Assembly: GCF_030604785.1 (NCBI RefSeq)
Contig: NZ_JAUVVF010000002.1
Span: 12,041 to 76,040 of the forward strand
DNA: 64,000 nucleotides
Source of the DNA: Paracoccus sp. (in: a-proteobacteria)
Lineage (GTDB): Bacteria > Pseudomonadota > Alphaproteobacteria > Rhodobacterales > Rhodobacteraceae
Reading direction: 5' to 3'
Below, piece by piece: positions 8,849 to 18,514 of the stretch. The translations under genes and the position numbers were made by a program. Within the stretch, counting starts at the first letter, position 1. Each line of letters starts with the position of its first letter. A model generated the notes under the pieces. That model searched no databases. It saw only the letters and a list, made by a program, of their open reading frames with translations, and had not been told where the DNA came from.

Positions 8849-10117
8849 ATGAGCCGATCCGACCAGATCCTGTCGCGCCTGATGGCGCTGCACCCCAAGA
8901 TCATCGACCTGTCGCTGGACCGGATGCACCGCATCCTGGCCGCGCTTGGCAACCCCGAGCGCCGGATCCCGCCCGCGATCCACATCGCGGGCACCAACGG
9001 CAAGGGCAGCACGCTGGCGATGATCCGCGCGGGGCTGGAAGCCGGGGGCGCGCGCGTCCATGCCTATACCTCGCCGCATCTGGCCTTCTTCCACGAACGC
9101 ATCCGTCTTGCGGGCGAGCTGATCTCAGAGGATCTGCTGGCGGCCACGCTGGAGGAATGCGAGGCCGCCAATGACGGCCAGCCGATCACCTTCTTCGAGA
9201 TCACGACCGCCGCCGCCTTCCTGGCCTTTTCGCGCGTCCCCGCCGATTACACCCTGCTCGAGGTCGGGCTGGGCGGGCGTCTTGACGCGACGAACGTGAT
9301 CACAGACCCGCGCCTGACCGTGATCACGCCTGTCTCGCTGGATCACCAGCAATATCTGGGCGAGACCGTCGCCCTGATCGCGGGGGAAAAGGCGGGCATC
9401 ATCAAGCCCCGCGTGCCCGTCATCGTCGCCCCGCAATCCGAAGAGGGGCTGCGCGTGATCGAGGCCCGCGCCATGGGCCTGACCGCGCCGATCATCGCGC
9501 ATGGCCAGCACTGGATGATCCAGCCCGACCGCGACGGGATGGTGTTTCAGGACGATCACGGCCTGTGGGACCTGCCCCTGCCGAACCTGATCGGGCCGCA
9601 CCAGATCCAGAATGCCGGCACCGCACTGGCCGCCCTGCGCGCGCTTGGTGCGACCGAGGCGCAGGCCCGCGCCGCCGTGACGCGCGCGGAATGGCCCGCC
9701 CGGATGCAGCGCCTGACGCGCGGCCCGCTGGTCGATCTGGCGGGCCAGGCCGAATTGTGGCTCGATGGCGGCCACAACCCTGCGGGCGGCGAGGCGCTGG
9801 CAGCGACCCTGGCCGCCATGCCGCCGCGCCCCACGCATCTGGTCTGCGGCATGCTGAACACAAAGGATGTCTCGGGCTATCTGCGCCCCTTGGCCGCCCA
9901 TGCCGCCAGCCTGACCGCCATCGACATTCCCGGCGAGCCGAACACCCTGCCCGCCTCCGAGACCGCGCGCCACGCGACCGACAGCGGCATTGCCGCGACG
10001 ACCGCGCCCGATGCCGCCACGGCGATCCGCGCGCTGGCCGCAGCCGAGCCGCAGGCGCGCATCCTGATCTGCGGCTCGCTCTATCTGGCCGGTCGCGTCC
10101 TGCGCGAGAATGGCTGA
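8849..10117 (+). CDS. folC: Folylpolyglutamate synthase/dihydrofolate synthase
   Basis: IAGTNGKGS, YTSPHL, EVGLGGRLDATN, DGGHNP, CGSLYL. Confidence 0.96.
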   Translation: MSRSDQILSRLMALHPKIIDLSLDRMHRILAALGNPERRIPPAIHIAGTNGKGSTLAMIRAGLEAGGARVHAYTSPHLAFFHERIRLAGELISEDLLAATLEECEAANDGQPITFFEITTAAAFLAFSRVPADYTLLEVGLGGRLDATNVITDPRLTVITPVSLDHQQYLGETVALIAGEKAGIIKPRVPVIVAPQSEEGLRVIEARAMGLTAPIIAHGQHWMIQPDRDGMVFQDDHGLWDLPLPNLIGPHQIQNAGTALAALRALGATEAQARAAVTRAEWPARMQRLTRGPLVDLAGQAELWLDGGHNPAGGEALAATLAAMPPRPTHLVCGMLNTKDVSGYLRPLAAHAASLTAIDIPGEPNTLPASETARHATDSGIAATTAPDAATAIRALAAAEPQARILICGSLYLAGRVLRENG

Positions 10118-10168
10118 AACCGCGCAACCCTTCGGCCTGCCGTTTGTTGCGTCCCGAGGAGGTGCCCG

Positions 10169-10534
10169 ATGACCGAAATCCGTGACAGCCGTCAGGCCGT
10201 GATGCGCGGCCTTGCCAATCGCTGCCCCAATTGCGGCGAGGGGCAGTTGCTGCGTGGCTTTCTGACCGTGAATGCCGAATGCCCGCATTGCCGCGCCCCG
10301 CTTGGCCGCTATCCGGCGGCGGACGGCCCGGCCTTCTTCGCCATGACGGCGGCGCTCTTGCTGCTGATCCCGGTGATCGGCTTCATCTGGGCCATCTGGC
10401 GGCTGGACCCGGTCACGCTGCTGATCGTGGTCAGCGTCATCATGACCGTGGCCACGCTGGCGATGCTGCGCCTGATCAAGGGCGCCTTCATCGGCTATCT
10501 GTGGGCCAAGGACGAACAGGATCGCGGCGCCTGA
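10169..10534 (+). CDS. DUF983-like membrane protein with CxxC zinc ribbon
   Basis: CPNCGEG...CPHC, ADGPAF, two TM helices; GAGGAGG SD. Confidence 0.8.
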   Translation: MTEIRDSRQAVMRGLANRCPNCGEGQLLRGFLTVNAECPHCRAPLGRYPAADGPAFFAMTAALLLLIPVIGFIWAIWRLDPVTLLIVVSVIMTVATLAMLRLIKGAFIGYLWAKDEQDRGA

Positions 10535-10541
10535 ACGCACA

Positions 10542-10564
10542 GGGCCGGGCGATCCGCCCGGCCC
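10542..10564. terminator. Hairpin between convergent genes
   Basis: 10-bp stem GGGCCGGGCG-atc-CGCCCGGCCC. Confidence 0.5.
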
Positions 10565-10576
10565 CCCGTTACGGGA

Positions 10577-12460
10577 TCACGCCCAGTCCCAGGGCGTGGT
10601 GAACTGCCCCAGCCGCGTGCGGATCTCGGCCTCGTCCACGCCGCCGTCGCGGGCCAGATGGGCGACCAGACCGCGCTTCTTGTCCTCGCGCACGATCTCG
10701 ACACGCGCGCCGGTTCCGGCCAGCGCCTCGTCATAGACGCGGGTGATCGCCAGCTTTCGCAGATCGGGCTTGAAGATCTTGCCCACCGCCGTCTTGGGCA
10801 GTTCGGGCAGGATCTCGATATGTTTGGGGATGGCCGCGCGTTCGTGGATGTGGTCGCGCGCATGGGCGGCCAGTTCCTCGACCGTGACCGAAGCGCCGGC
10901 CACCAGTTCCACATAGGCGCAGGGCAATTCGCCTGCGAAGCTGTCGGGTTGACCGATGGCGCCCACGAAGGCGACGGCGGGATGCGAGAGCAGCCCCTCC
11001 TCGATCTCGGCGGGATCGATGTTGTGGCCGCCACGGATGATCAGGTCCTTCGCCCGGCCCGTGATCCACAGATAGCCGTCCGCATCGATCCGACCCAGAT
11101 CGCCCGTGCGCAGATAGATGTCCTCGGCGAACAGCTTATGGTTCTTGTCGGCCTCGGTATAGGTCGAGCCGGGGAAGACCCCCGGATTGGCGATGCAGAT
11201 CTCGCCCACCTCGTCGGTCGCGCATTCATGCACCCGGCCCGCATCGTCATGGTTCAGGATGCGGACATGCGTATAGGGCAGCGGCACCCCGACCGAGCCG
11301 ACCTTCTTCAGCCCGTCAACCGGGTTGCAGCTGACCAGACAGGTCGCCTCGGTCAGGCCGTAGCCTTCGGCGATCTCGACGCCGGTGGCGGCCTTGAAGC
11401 GGTTGTAAAGCTCGATCGGCAGCGGGGCCGAGCCTGAAATCGCGGTCTTCAGCGTGCTGACATCGGCATCGACCGGACGCTGCATCAGCGCGGCGATGGC
11501 GGTCGGCACGGTGATCAGGAAGGTCGCCTGCCAGCGTTCGATCAGCTTCCAGAAATTGTCGAAGACCCCGTCGCCCCGATATCCGGCGGGCGTCGGCATC
11601 ACCACATGCGCCCCGGACGCGATGCAGGACATCAGCACCGGATAGGCCGCGAAGACGTGGAACATCGGCAAGGGGCACATCAGCACGTCGGTCTCGTCGA
11701 ACAGAAGCGTGCCGCCCAGCCAGCCGTTATAGATCATGCCGCTGTATTTGTGCTGCGCGACCTTGGGCGTGCCGGTCGTGCCGCCGGTGTGGAAATAGGC
11801 CGCGACGCGGTCCTGCCGGGGATCGTCGAATTCCAGCCGGTTGTGGTTGCGCGCGCTGGCGGCGGCCTCGAAATCCAGCACCTTGGCCTTGTGCGTCACC
11901 TTCACCTTGGGCCGGATCAGCGGCACGATCAGCCGCTTGAGGCCGCGCAGGTGGCGGTTCAGGTCGATCTCGACCACATGGGTCACGCCGGGCGCCTGCG
12001 CGACGGCCTCGGCGGCCTTCTGGGCAACGTCGGTCTTGGGAAAGGCCTTCAGCGTGACCAGCACCTTGGCGCGTGTCTCGCGCAGGATGCCCGCGATCTG
12101 GGTCGCGTCCAAAAGCGGATTGATCGGGTTCACGATCCCCGCCGTTGCGCCCGCCAGCAGGACGACGGGCGTCTCGATGCTGTTGGGCAGCAGATAGGCG
12201 ACGGTATCCGTCGGCCCGACGCCCAGGCTGCGGAACAGGTTCGCCGTCTCGGTCACGCGGGCCAGCAGCTCGGACCAGGTCAGCGTGGTGGCCGGATCGT
12301 TAGCCCCCGACAGAAGCTGGAACGAGATGGCCGGGCGGTCGGGAAACCGCGCCGCCGTGGCCGAGAGGAATTCATGGATCGTCACCGGCAGGTCGCGCGC
12401 CTCGTAGGCGCATTCCTGTTCGATCCGGTCGCGATCCGCATAGGTGCTGAACTTTGCCAT
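10577..12460 (-). CDS. Acyl-CoA synthetase (AMP-binding family)
   Basis: FHTGGTTGTPK, GYGLTE, TGDLG..D..G, GRAKDLIIRGG, PKTAVGK. Confidence 0.92.
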   Translation of the reverse strand: MAKFSTYADRDRIEQECAYEARDLPVTIHEFLSATAARFPDRPAISFQLLSGANDPATTLTWSELLARVTETANLFRSLGVGPTDTVAYLLPNSIETPVVLLAGATAGIVNPINPLLDATQIAGILRETRAKVLVTLKAFPKTDVAQKAAEAVAQAPGVTHVVEIDLNRHLRGLKRLIVPLIRPKVKVTHKAKVLDFEAAASARNHNRLEFDDPRQDRVAAYFHTGGTTGTPKVAQHKYSGMIYNGWLGGTLLFDETDVLMCPLPMFHVFAAYPVLMSCIASGAHVVMPTPAGYRGDGVFDNFWKLIERWQATFLITVPTAIAALMQRPVDADVSTLKTAISGSAPLPIELYNRFKAATGVEIAEGYGLTEATCLVSCNPVDGLKKVGSVGVPLPYTHVRILNHDDAGRVHECATDEVGEICIANPGVFPGSTYTEADKNHKLFAEDIYLRTGDLGRIDADGYLWITGRAKDLIIRGGHNIDPAEIEEGLLSHPAVAFVGAIGQPDSFAGELPCAYVELVAGASVTVEELAAHARDHIHERAAIPKHIEILPELPKTAVGKIFKPDLRKLAITRVYDEALAGTGARVEIVREDKKRGLVAHLARDGGVDEAEIRTRLGQFTTPWDWA

Positions 12461-12624
12461 TCTATCCTCCCCTGGCCGCCCCCTCGCGGCTTAGCCTTGG
12501 CGTCTCGTTGCCCGACAATGCGCGCAAGCGGGAAAACGGGGCAACCCCTCGCGGCCCCCGATTGCGACGGAACGCCGCGTCAAAGCCGGGCGACGTGGCG
12601 GCGCGCGACTTGCATCACGAAACG

Positions 12625-12649
12625 GGAACAATCAGGTCAACCGCCTGTT
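12625..12649 (+). promoter_or_regulatory. EcfG/sigmaT-type promoter GGAAC-N16-TGTT for the CAP genes
   Basis: Ends 48 nt above the ATG at 12698, correct orientation. Confidence 0.5.
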
Positions 12650-12697
12650 CATGACTCTCCCATAGGTTTAGTGACGGACGCAAGAGACGAGCTTTTC

Positions 12698-13249
12698 ATG
12701 ACGACCGGGATCACACAGGCCCCGCTGCTGCCCCTTTTCCTTCTGCTGGCCGCCTGTGGCGGCGGGCCCGCCACGGGACCGCAGGCGCAGGACCCCTATG
12801 CGGTGCAGGTCGGCCAGCCCGGACAGGCGGATTGCGTCGCCACCAGCACCATGCAGAACCAGCGCCTTGCGGCCAGCACGAATGCGGCGCGCCGGCAGGC
12901 CGGACTGCCGCCGGTGCAATCGAACAGCCTCTTGGCCGAGGTCGCGGCGCGCCATGCCTGCGACATGGCGGAACGCGGGCGGATGACGCATATCGGCAGC
13001 ACCACGTCGGGGCCGGGCGACCGGCTGCGGGCCCAAGGCTACCGCCCCGCCATCTCGGCCGAGAACATCGCCGCCGGCCCCTTCTCGCTGGATCGGGTGC
13101 TGAACGAATGGGCCGTCTCGTCCGGGCACCGGGCGAACATGCTGCTGCCCCAGATCCGCGATGTGGGGATCGGGCAGGCCGTCGCGGCCGACGGCCGGAC
13201 ACGGTATTGGGCGGCGGTCTATTCGGCGCCCAGCCAGAACCCGCGTTAG
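12698..13249 (+). CDS. CAP/SCP domain lipoprotein
   Basis: Lipobox LAAC; HACDM, MTH, AENIA, SSGHRANML motifs. Confidence 0.85.
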   Translation: MTTGITQAPLLPLFLLLAACGGGPATGPQAQDPYAVQVGQPGQADCVATSTMQNQRLAASTNAARRQAGLPPVQSNSLLAEVAARHACDMAERGRMTHIGSTTSGPGDRLRAQGYRPAISAENIAAGPFSLDRVLNEWAVSSGHRANMLLPQIRDVGIGQAVAADGRTRYWAAVYSAPSQNPR

Positions 13250-13314
13250 CCGGATTGACGCGGTCAGCCGCCGGGATAGGGTTGCCCCAGCCCGGCCACC
13301 GAAGGGAGCGCCCC

Positions 13315-13797
13315 ATGCCGACACCCCGCCTCGTGACGCTGATGATCGCCGCCGGCCTCGGCCTGACGGTGGGACTGGCGCCTGAACCCGCCGCTGCCGC
13401 CGCACAATGCGCCGCCCTGCCGCAAGAGCGGCTGTCGGCCGCGCTGCAGACCATCAACCGCAACCGCAGCGCCCAGGGCGCCGGCCCCGTCGAGCTTCAC
13501 CCCGCGCTGATCCAGGCGGCGACGCAGCAGGCTTGCCAGATGGCCCGGCAGGGGCGTCTGGGTCACGGTGCATCGCCCAGCCAGCGCCTGACGACGACAG
13601 GCTACCGGGCGAGCATCGCGGCCGAGAATGTCGGCGTCGGCCCCAGGGACGAGAACGGCATGATCGCGACCTGGATGCAATCGCCGCCCCACCGCGCCAA
13701 TCTGGTCAACCGGCGCCTGCGCGATGCGGGACTGGCCCAGGCCACGGATGCGAACGGTCAGGTCTATTGGGCGCTGATCCTCGCAGCGCCGCGCTAG
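13315..13797 (+). CDS. CAP/SCP domain secreted protein, tandem paralog
   Basis: AGGGAG SD; signal peptide; AENVG, WMQSPPHRANL. Confidence 0.85.
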   Translation: MPTPRLVTLMIAAGLGLTVGLAPEPAAAAAQCAALPQERLSAALQTINRNRSAQGAGPVELHPALIQAATQQACQMARQGRLGHGASPSQRLTTTGYRASIAAENVGVGPRDENGMIATWMQSPPHRANLVNRRLRDAGLAQATDANGQVYWALILAAPR

Positions 13798-13885
13798 GCC
13801 GGCGCAGGCTTCGCGGTCGACCCGGCCTGCCGGGGCGCCCGCCGCCGGGGCGCCGGCCTCGATGGCCGGCGACGCGGCGACCCGC

Positions 13886-15685
13886 TCAGGCGGCCTCGCC
13901 CGTGCCGCGCGGCCCGTCGGTGAACTGCATCCGCGCAAGACGCGCGTAAAGCCCGCCCTCGGCCACCAGCCCGTCATGCGTGCCTTCGGCCACGATGCGG
14001 CCCTGATCCATCACGATGATCCGGTCGGCCTGCTTCACCGTCGCCAGACGATGCGCCACAACGACGGTTGTCCGCCCCTGGGCCAGCCGCGCCACGGCGG
14101 CCTGCACCAGCGATTCCGATTCCGCATCCAGCGCGCTGGTCGCCTCGTCCAGCAGCAGGATAGGCGCGTCGCGCAGGATCGCGCGCGCGATCGCCACGCG
14201 CTGGCGCTGCCCGCCCGACAGCATCACGCCGCGTTCGCCAAGGGCGGTGTCGTAACCCTGCGGCAGGGCGGCGATGAAGTCATGGGCATGGGCCGCGCGC
14301 GCGGCCGCCTCGACCTCGCCATCGCTGGCCTCGGGGCGGCCCAGCCGGATATTCTCGCGCGCGGTGGCGGCGAAGATCACCGGGTCCTGCGGGACCAGCG
14401 CGATCCGCCCCCGGAAATCGGCCCGCGCCATGTCGCGCAGGTCGATCCCGTCCAGGGTCACGCGCCCCTCCTGCGGATCCCAGAAGCGCTGGATCAGCTG
14501 GATCACGGTCGTCTTGCCCGCCCCTGACGGCCCCACCAGGGCCACCGTCTCGCCCGGCCTGATCCGCAGGTCCAGCCCCGTCAGGGCCGGCGCGTCCGGG
14601 CGCGAGGGGAAGCGGAAGGCCACCCCCTCCAGCGCGATCTCACCGCGCAGGGGGTGCGGCAGCGGCAGGGGCGTGGCGGGATCGGCCAGCGTATCCTCGG
14701 CCGCCAGCAATTCCGACAGACGCTCGGTCGCGCCGGCGGCACGCTGCAATTCGCCCCAGACCTCGGACAGGGCGCCTGCGGCACCGGCGACCAGAATGGC
14801 ATAGATCACGAACTGCACCAGCTCGCCCGCGCTCATCACGCCCTCGCGGACGTCGCGCGCGCCGATCCAGAGAACGCCGATGATCCCCGCAAAGATCAGG
14901 AAGATCACGATGGCGGTCATCACCGCCCGCGTTCCCACCCGCTGCATGGCAGATACGTAAGAGCTTTCGGTCACCCGGTCGAAGCCGTCGATGCTGCGCC
15001 GCTCATGGGTATAGGCCTGCACCGTCTGCGCCGACAGAAGCGCCTCGGAGGCCGCGCCGGACGAGGCCGCGATCCAGTCCTGATTGGCGCGCGACAGCCG
15101 CCGCAGGCGGCGCCCCAGCACGATGATCGGGATCAGGATGGCCGGCACGATCAGCAGGACCAGCCCCGTCAGCTTGGTCGAGGTCACGGCCAGCATCGCC
15201 AGCCCGCCGGTCAGCAGCAGCACGTTGCGCAACGCGATGGACAGGCTGGAGCCGACGACCGACTGGATCAGCGTCGTGTCGGTGGTGATGCGCGACAGAA
15301 TCTCGCCCGTCATCACGCGCTCGAAAAAGGCGGGCGACAGGGTGATGACGCGGGAAAAGACGGCCTTGCGGATATCGGCCACGACCCGCTCGCCCAGCCG
15401 CGTGACGAAGAAATAGCGTGCGGCCGTGCCCAAGGCCAGGCCCGCCACGACCAGCAGCGCAGCGCCGAAATACTGATCCAGCAGCCCCGCGCCATCGTCG
15501 AAATTGTCCACCACCCGGCGCGCGGCCAAGGGCAGGATCAGGCTGATGAACGAGGTCAGGACCAGCGCGCAGACCGCCAGACCAACCTGCCCGCGATAGG
15601 GCCGCACAAAGGGCCACAGGGCGGCCAGCGCCCCCAGCTTGCGGCTGACGGGCCGATCCTCGAGGTTGCTTGTGCCGCGTGCCAT
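13886..15685 (-). CDS. Type IV (MsbA-like) ABC exporter, fused TMD-NBD
   Basis: Six-TM domain; GPSGAGKT, LSGGQRQR, LLLDEATSALD, VAHRL. Confidence 0.92.
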   Translation of the reverse strand: MARGTSNLEDRPVSRKLGALAALWPFVRPYRGQVGLAVCALVLTSFISLILPLAARRVVDNFDDGAGLLDQYFGAALLVVAGLALGTAARYFFVTRLGERVVADIRKAVFSRVITLSPAFFERVMTGEILSRITTDTTLIQSVVGSSLSIALRNVLLLTGGLAMLAVTSTKLTGLVLLIVPAILIPIIVLGRRLRRLSRANQDWIAASSGAASEALLSAQTVQAYTHERRSIDGFDRVTESSYVSAMQRVGTRAVMTAIVIFLIFAGIIGVLWIGARDVREGVMSAGELVQFVIYAILVAGAAGALSEVWGELQRAAGATERLSELLAAEDTLADPATPLPLPHPLRGEIALEGVAFRFPSRPDAPALTGLDLRIRPGETVALVGPSGAGKTTVIQLIQRFWDPQEGRVTLDGIDLRDMARADFRGRIALVPQDPVIFAATARENIRLGRPEASDGEVEAAARAAHAHDFIAALPQGYDTALGERGVMLSGGQRQRVAIARAILRDAPILLLDEATSALDAESESLVQAAVARLAQGRTTVVVAHRLATVKQADRIIVMDQGRIVAEGTHDGLVAEGGLYARLARMQFTDGPRGTGEAA

Positions 15686-15760
15686 GATGGTCTTCCCTGC
15701 TGATGCCCCCCGTTTAGGCGGCAGAGGGCGCGGAAACAAGCGCGGCGCCGTGCCGCGCGG

Positions 15761-16396
15761 TCAGGGCCGGATCGTGCCCGAGCCGATCCCCTCGGCCAAC
15801 GCGTCCACGGCCCGCGCCAGTCTGTCGTCGATCACGTCCAGATATTGGGTCCAGTCCGCCAGTTCGCGCAATTCCTCGACCCCGTCCGAGATGCCGCGCA
15901 GCCCGATCAGCGGCAGCCCGGCCCATTGGGCGGCGCGCAGATGGGCGAATGTCTCCATGTCGACCATGTCCTGTGCGATGGTGTCATAGGCCGCCCCGCT
16001 GACGATGTTACCCCCGGTAGACAGGCTGGCCTCGGGGATGCCCTCGATCCGCAGGGGCAGCGCGACCTCTTCGGGCAGGTCGAGGAACGGCACGGTGCCG
16101 CGCGGAAAGCCGAGGGCCGAGGCGTCGATGTCGCGCCAGGCCACGCGGCTGACCTGATAGACCTGCCCCTGCACCAGCCGCGACGACCCCGCCGAGCCAA
16201 GCGAGACGATCAGGCGCGGGCGTTCGGCCATCCCGGCCAGCGCGGCGGTCAGCTGCACGGCGGCCTCGATCGGGCCGATCCCGGTGATCAGCGGGTTGAT
16301 CCGGGCGGCCAGAGCGGGCCCGTATTCGGCGCGCGCCGCCATCACGAACAGGACCGGCAGGCCGGCGATCAGGTCGGGGCGGGCTTGGGTCATCAT
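15761..16396 (-). CDS. MTA/SAH nucleosidase-like phosphorylase family protein
   Basis: TGIGPIEAA, LGSAG, STGGNIV, VDMET, LRGISDG. Confidence 0.8.
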   Translation of the reverse strand: MMTQARPDLIAGLPVLFVMAARAEYGPALAARINPLITGIGPIEAAVQLTAALAGMAERPRLIVSLGSAGSSRLVQGQVYQVSRVAWRDIDASALGFPRGTVPFLDLPEEVALPLRIEGIPEASLSTGGNIVSGAAYDTIAQDMVDMETFAHLRAAQWAGLPLIGLRGISDGVEELRELADWTQYLDVIDDRLARAVDALAEGIGSGTIRP

Positions 16397-16529
16397 GGCT
16401 CCTGTCCGGATTTTCGGCGGGTTTGCCCGAGGGGTGGCATGCGCAATGCAGGCCGGTCAATGCCCCTTGCAGCGGCGCGGGCCGCTGTGGCAGGGGTTCG
16501 TGCGGAACGGGCAGGCAGGGATTGCAGCA

Positions 16530-17642
16530 ATGGGCAGGATCAGCACGCGATACCGCGACCGGGTGGCCTCGGGCGCGCTGCGCCCCGACCCCGCGCAAGA
16601 GGCCGTGCTGCCCGATCTCGACCGTGTCCTGACCGAAATGCTGGCCGCGCCCGCGCCCCGGCCCCGGTCGGGGTGGCGGGCGCTTCTGGGCGTGGGCGGC
16701 GGCGATACGGCGGCTGCGCCTGCGCGGGGCCTCTATCTCTGGGGCGGCGTCGGGCGCGGCAAGTCGATGCTGATGGACCTGATGGCCGAGACCGCGCAAG
16801 AGGCGGGCATCCCCTGTCGGCGGGTCCATTTCCATGAATTCATGCAGGAGATCCAGGCCGGGCTGGAGGCCGCGCGCAAGCGCGCCGAACAGGACACCGT
16901 CCGCCCCGTCGCGCAGGAGGTGGCCCGTCAGGTCCGGCTTCTGTGCTTCGACGAGATGCAGATCACCGACATCGCGGACGCGATGATCGTGGGGCGGCTG
17001 TTCCAGATCCTGTTCGATCACGGCGTGACGGTGGTCACCACCTCGAACCGGGAGCCCGAGGATCTCTACAAGCACGGCCTGAACCGGCAGCTTTTCCTGC
17101 CCTTCATCGCGCTGATCCGCGAGCGGATGCAGGTCACCTGCCTCGACAGCCGCACCGATTACCGCCAGAACCGCCAGACCGGCGGGCAGGTCTGGTTCGC
17201 ACCCGCCGATGCCGAGGCCAGGGCCGCGATGGATGCGCTGTGGTCGGACCTGACCGGGGACGAGGCGGCCGCGCCCCTCAAGATCGAGGTCAAGGGCCGG
17301 GTCGTGGACCTGCCCGCCGCCTCTGGCCGGGTGGCGCGGGCGGGCTTCTGGGATCTCTGCGGCAAGCCGCTCGGCCCTGCCGACTATCTGGCCATCTCTC
17401 GGGCGGTGGACACGCTGTTCGTCGACGGCATCCCGCGCCTGTCGGTGTCGAACTACAACGAGGCCAAGCGTTTCGTCACCCTTATCGACGCCCTCTACGA
17501 GGCCCGCGTGCGCCTGATCGCCAGCGCCGCCGACCAGCCCGAGCAGCTCTACAACGAAGGCGAGGGCAGTTTCGAATTCGAACGCACCGCCAGCCGCCTG
17601 CGCGAGATGCAGGATGCCGCCTGGGGCGAGCGGCCCGAATAG
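16530..17642 (+). CDS. zapE: AFG1-family ATPase ZapE
   Basis: GGVGRGKS Walker A, LCFDEMQ Walker B, TSNREP, RTASRL. Confidence 0.93.
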   Translation: MGRISTRYRDRVASGALRPDPAQEAVLPDLDRVLTEMLAAPAPRPRSGWRALLGVGGGDTAAAPARGLYLWGGVGRGKSMLMDLMAETAQEAGIPCRRVHFHEFMQEIQAGLEAARKRAEQDTVRPVAQEVARQVRLLCFDEMQITDIADAMIVGRLFQILFDHGVTVVTTSNREPEDLYKHGLNRQLFLPFIALIRERMQVTCLDSRTDYRQNRQTGGQVWFAPADAEARAAMDALWSDLTGDEAAAPLKIEVKGRVVDLPAASGRVARAGFWDLCGKPLGPADYLAISRAVDTLFVDGIPRLSVSNYNEAKRFVTLIDALYEARVRLIASAADQPEQLYNEGEGSFEFERTASRLREMQDAAWGERPE

Positions 17643-17671
17643 CCGCCGGCGACCGCGGGTCGCGCGATGGC

Positions 17672-17701
17672 GGGGGGTGCGGGGGGCAGCCGGCCCCCCG
17701 C
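17672..17701. repeat. REP-like palindromic element
   Basis: GGGGGGTGCGGGGGG-cagccgg-CCCCCCGC between convergent zapE and SDR. Confidence 0.55.
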
Positions 17702-17730
17702 TGCTTCGCGGGACGCAAACGGCGCGCGGA

Positions 17731-18402
17731 TCAGGCGGGCAGCGCGTCCAGAATGCGGCGCGCCTCGTCGCGGCAGGGGGTCAGCGCGGCCCGATCCTCG
17801 CCCGGATAGAAGCGCGCGCGCACAGCGGTCGGCATGGGCGCGGGGGTCTCGATCACGATGCGCGGGCCGATCTGGGCCGTCTCGGCCTGCCAGCTGCGCG
17901 CCAGCGCGATCTGCGCCGCCTTGGTCGCGCCATAGGCGCCCATGAACTTGCGCCCCGCCTGCGGGTCGTCGAAGAACAGGGCCGTGCCGTTCTTCTGGCG
18001 CAGCAAGGGCTCGATCAGCGCGATCAGGCCGCGCGTGACATCGGCGTTGATCAAGAGGGACTTCGACCAATCCTTGCCGCTGACATGAGGCGCGGGCGCC
18101 AGGGGCGCGGCATGGATGGCGCAATGCGCCCACAGGTCGACGCCGCCCCAACGGCCGGCCACGGCCTCGACCAGCTGCTGCATTGCCGCCGGTTCGGCCA
18201 CATCCATCGGCGCCAGCGTCGCCTGGCCGCCCGCCTTGCGGATGCGGTCGTCCAGCTCCTCCAGCCCGCCGACGGTGCGCGCCACCGCCAGAACGTGATA
18301 GCCGCGCAGGGCCAGTTCCTCGGCAAGGGCCGCGCCCAGACCGCGCGAGGCCCCTGTCACCAGCGCCAGACGGGGCGCCACCTGATCGTTCGGATTGCTC
18401 AT
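17731..18402 (-). CDS. Short-chain dehydrogenase/reductase
   Basis: TGASRGLG cofactor motif; YGATK catalytic motif. Confidence 0.9.
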   Translation of the reverse strand: MSNPNDQVAPRLALVTGASRGLGAALAEELALRGYHVLAVARTVGGLEELDDRIRKAGGQATLAPMDVAEPAAMQQLVEAVAGRWGGVDLWAHCAIHAAPLAPAPHVSGKDWSKSLLINADVTRGLIALIEPLLRQKNGTALFFDDPQAGRKFMGAYGATKAAQIALARSWQAETAQIGPRIVIETPAPMPTAVRARFYPGEDRAALTPCRDEARRILDALPA

Positions 18403-18467
18403 GCCCGCTCCATTGCCACCGGCCAGCCCGCCGCGCAAGCCCTCTTGGCGCGGGGCGGGCGGCCATG

Positions 18468-18493
18468 AAAAAAGGCCCCCGTCCGGGGGCCTT
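18468..18493 (-). terminator. Intrinsic terminator of gltA
   Basis: On the minus strand AAGGCCCCC-ggac-GGGGGCCTT then TTTT. Confidence 0.8.
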
Positions 18494-18514
18494 CGATCCA
18501 ATCTGCGGACCCGC

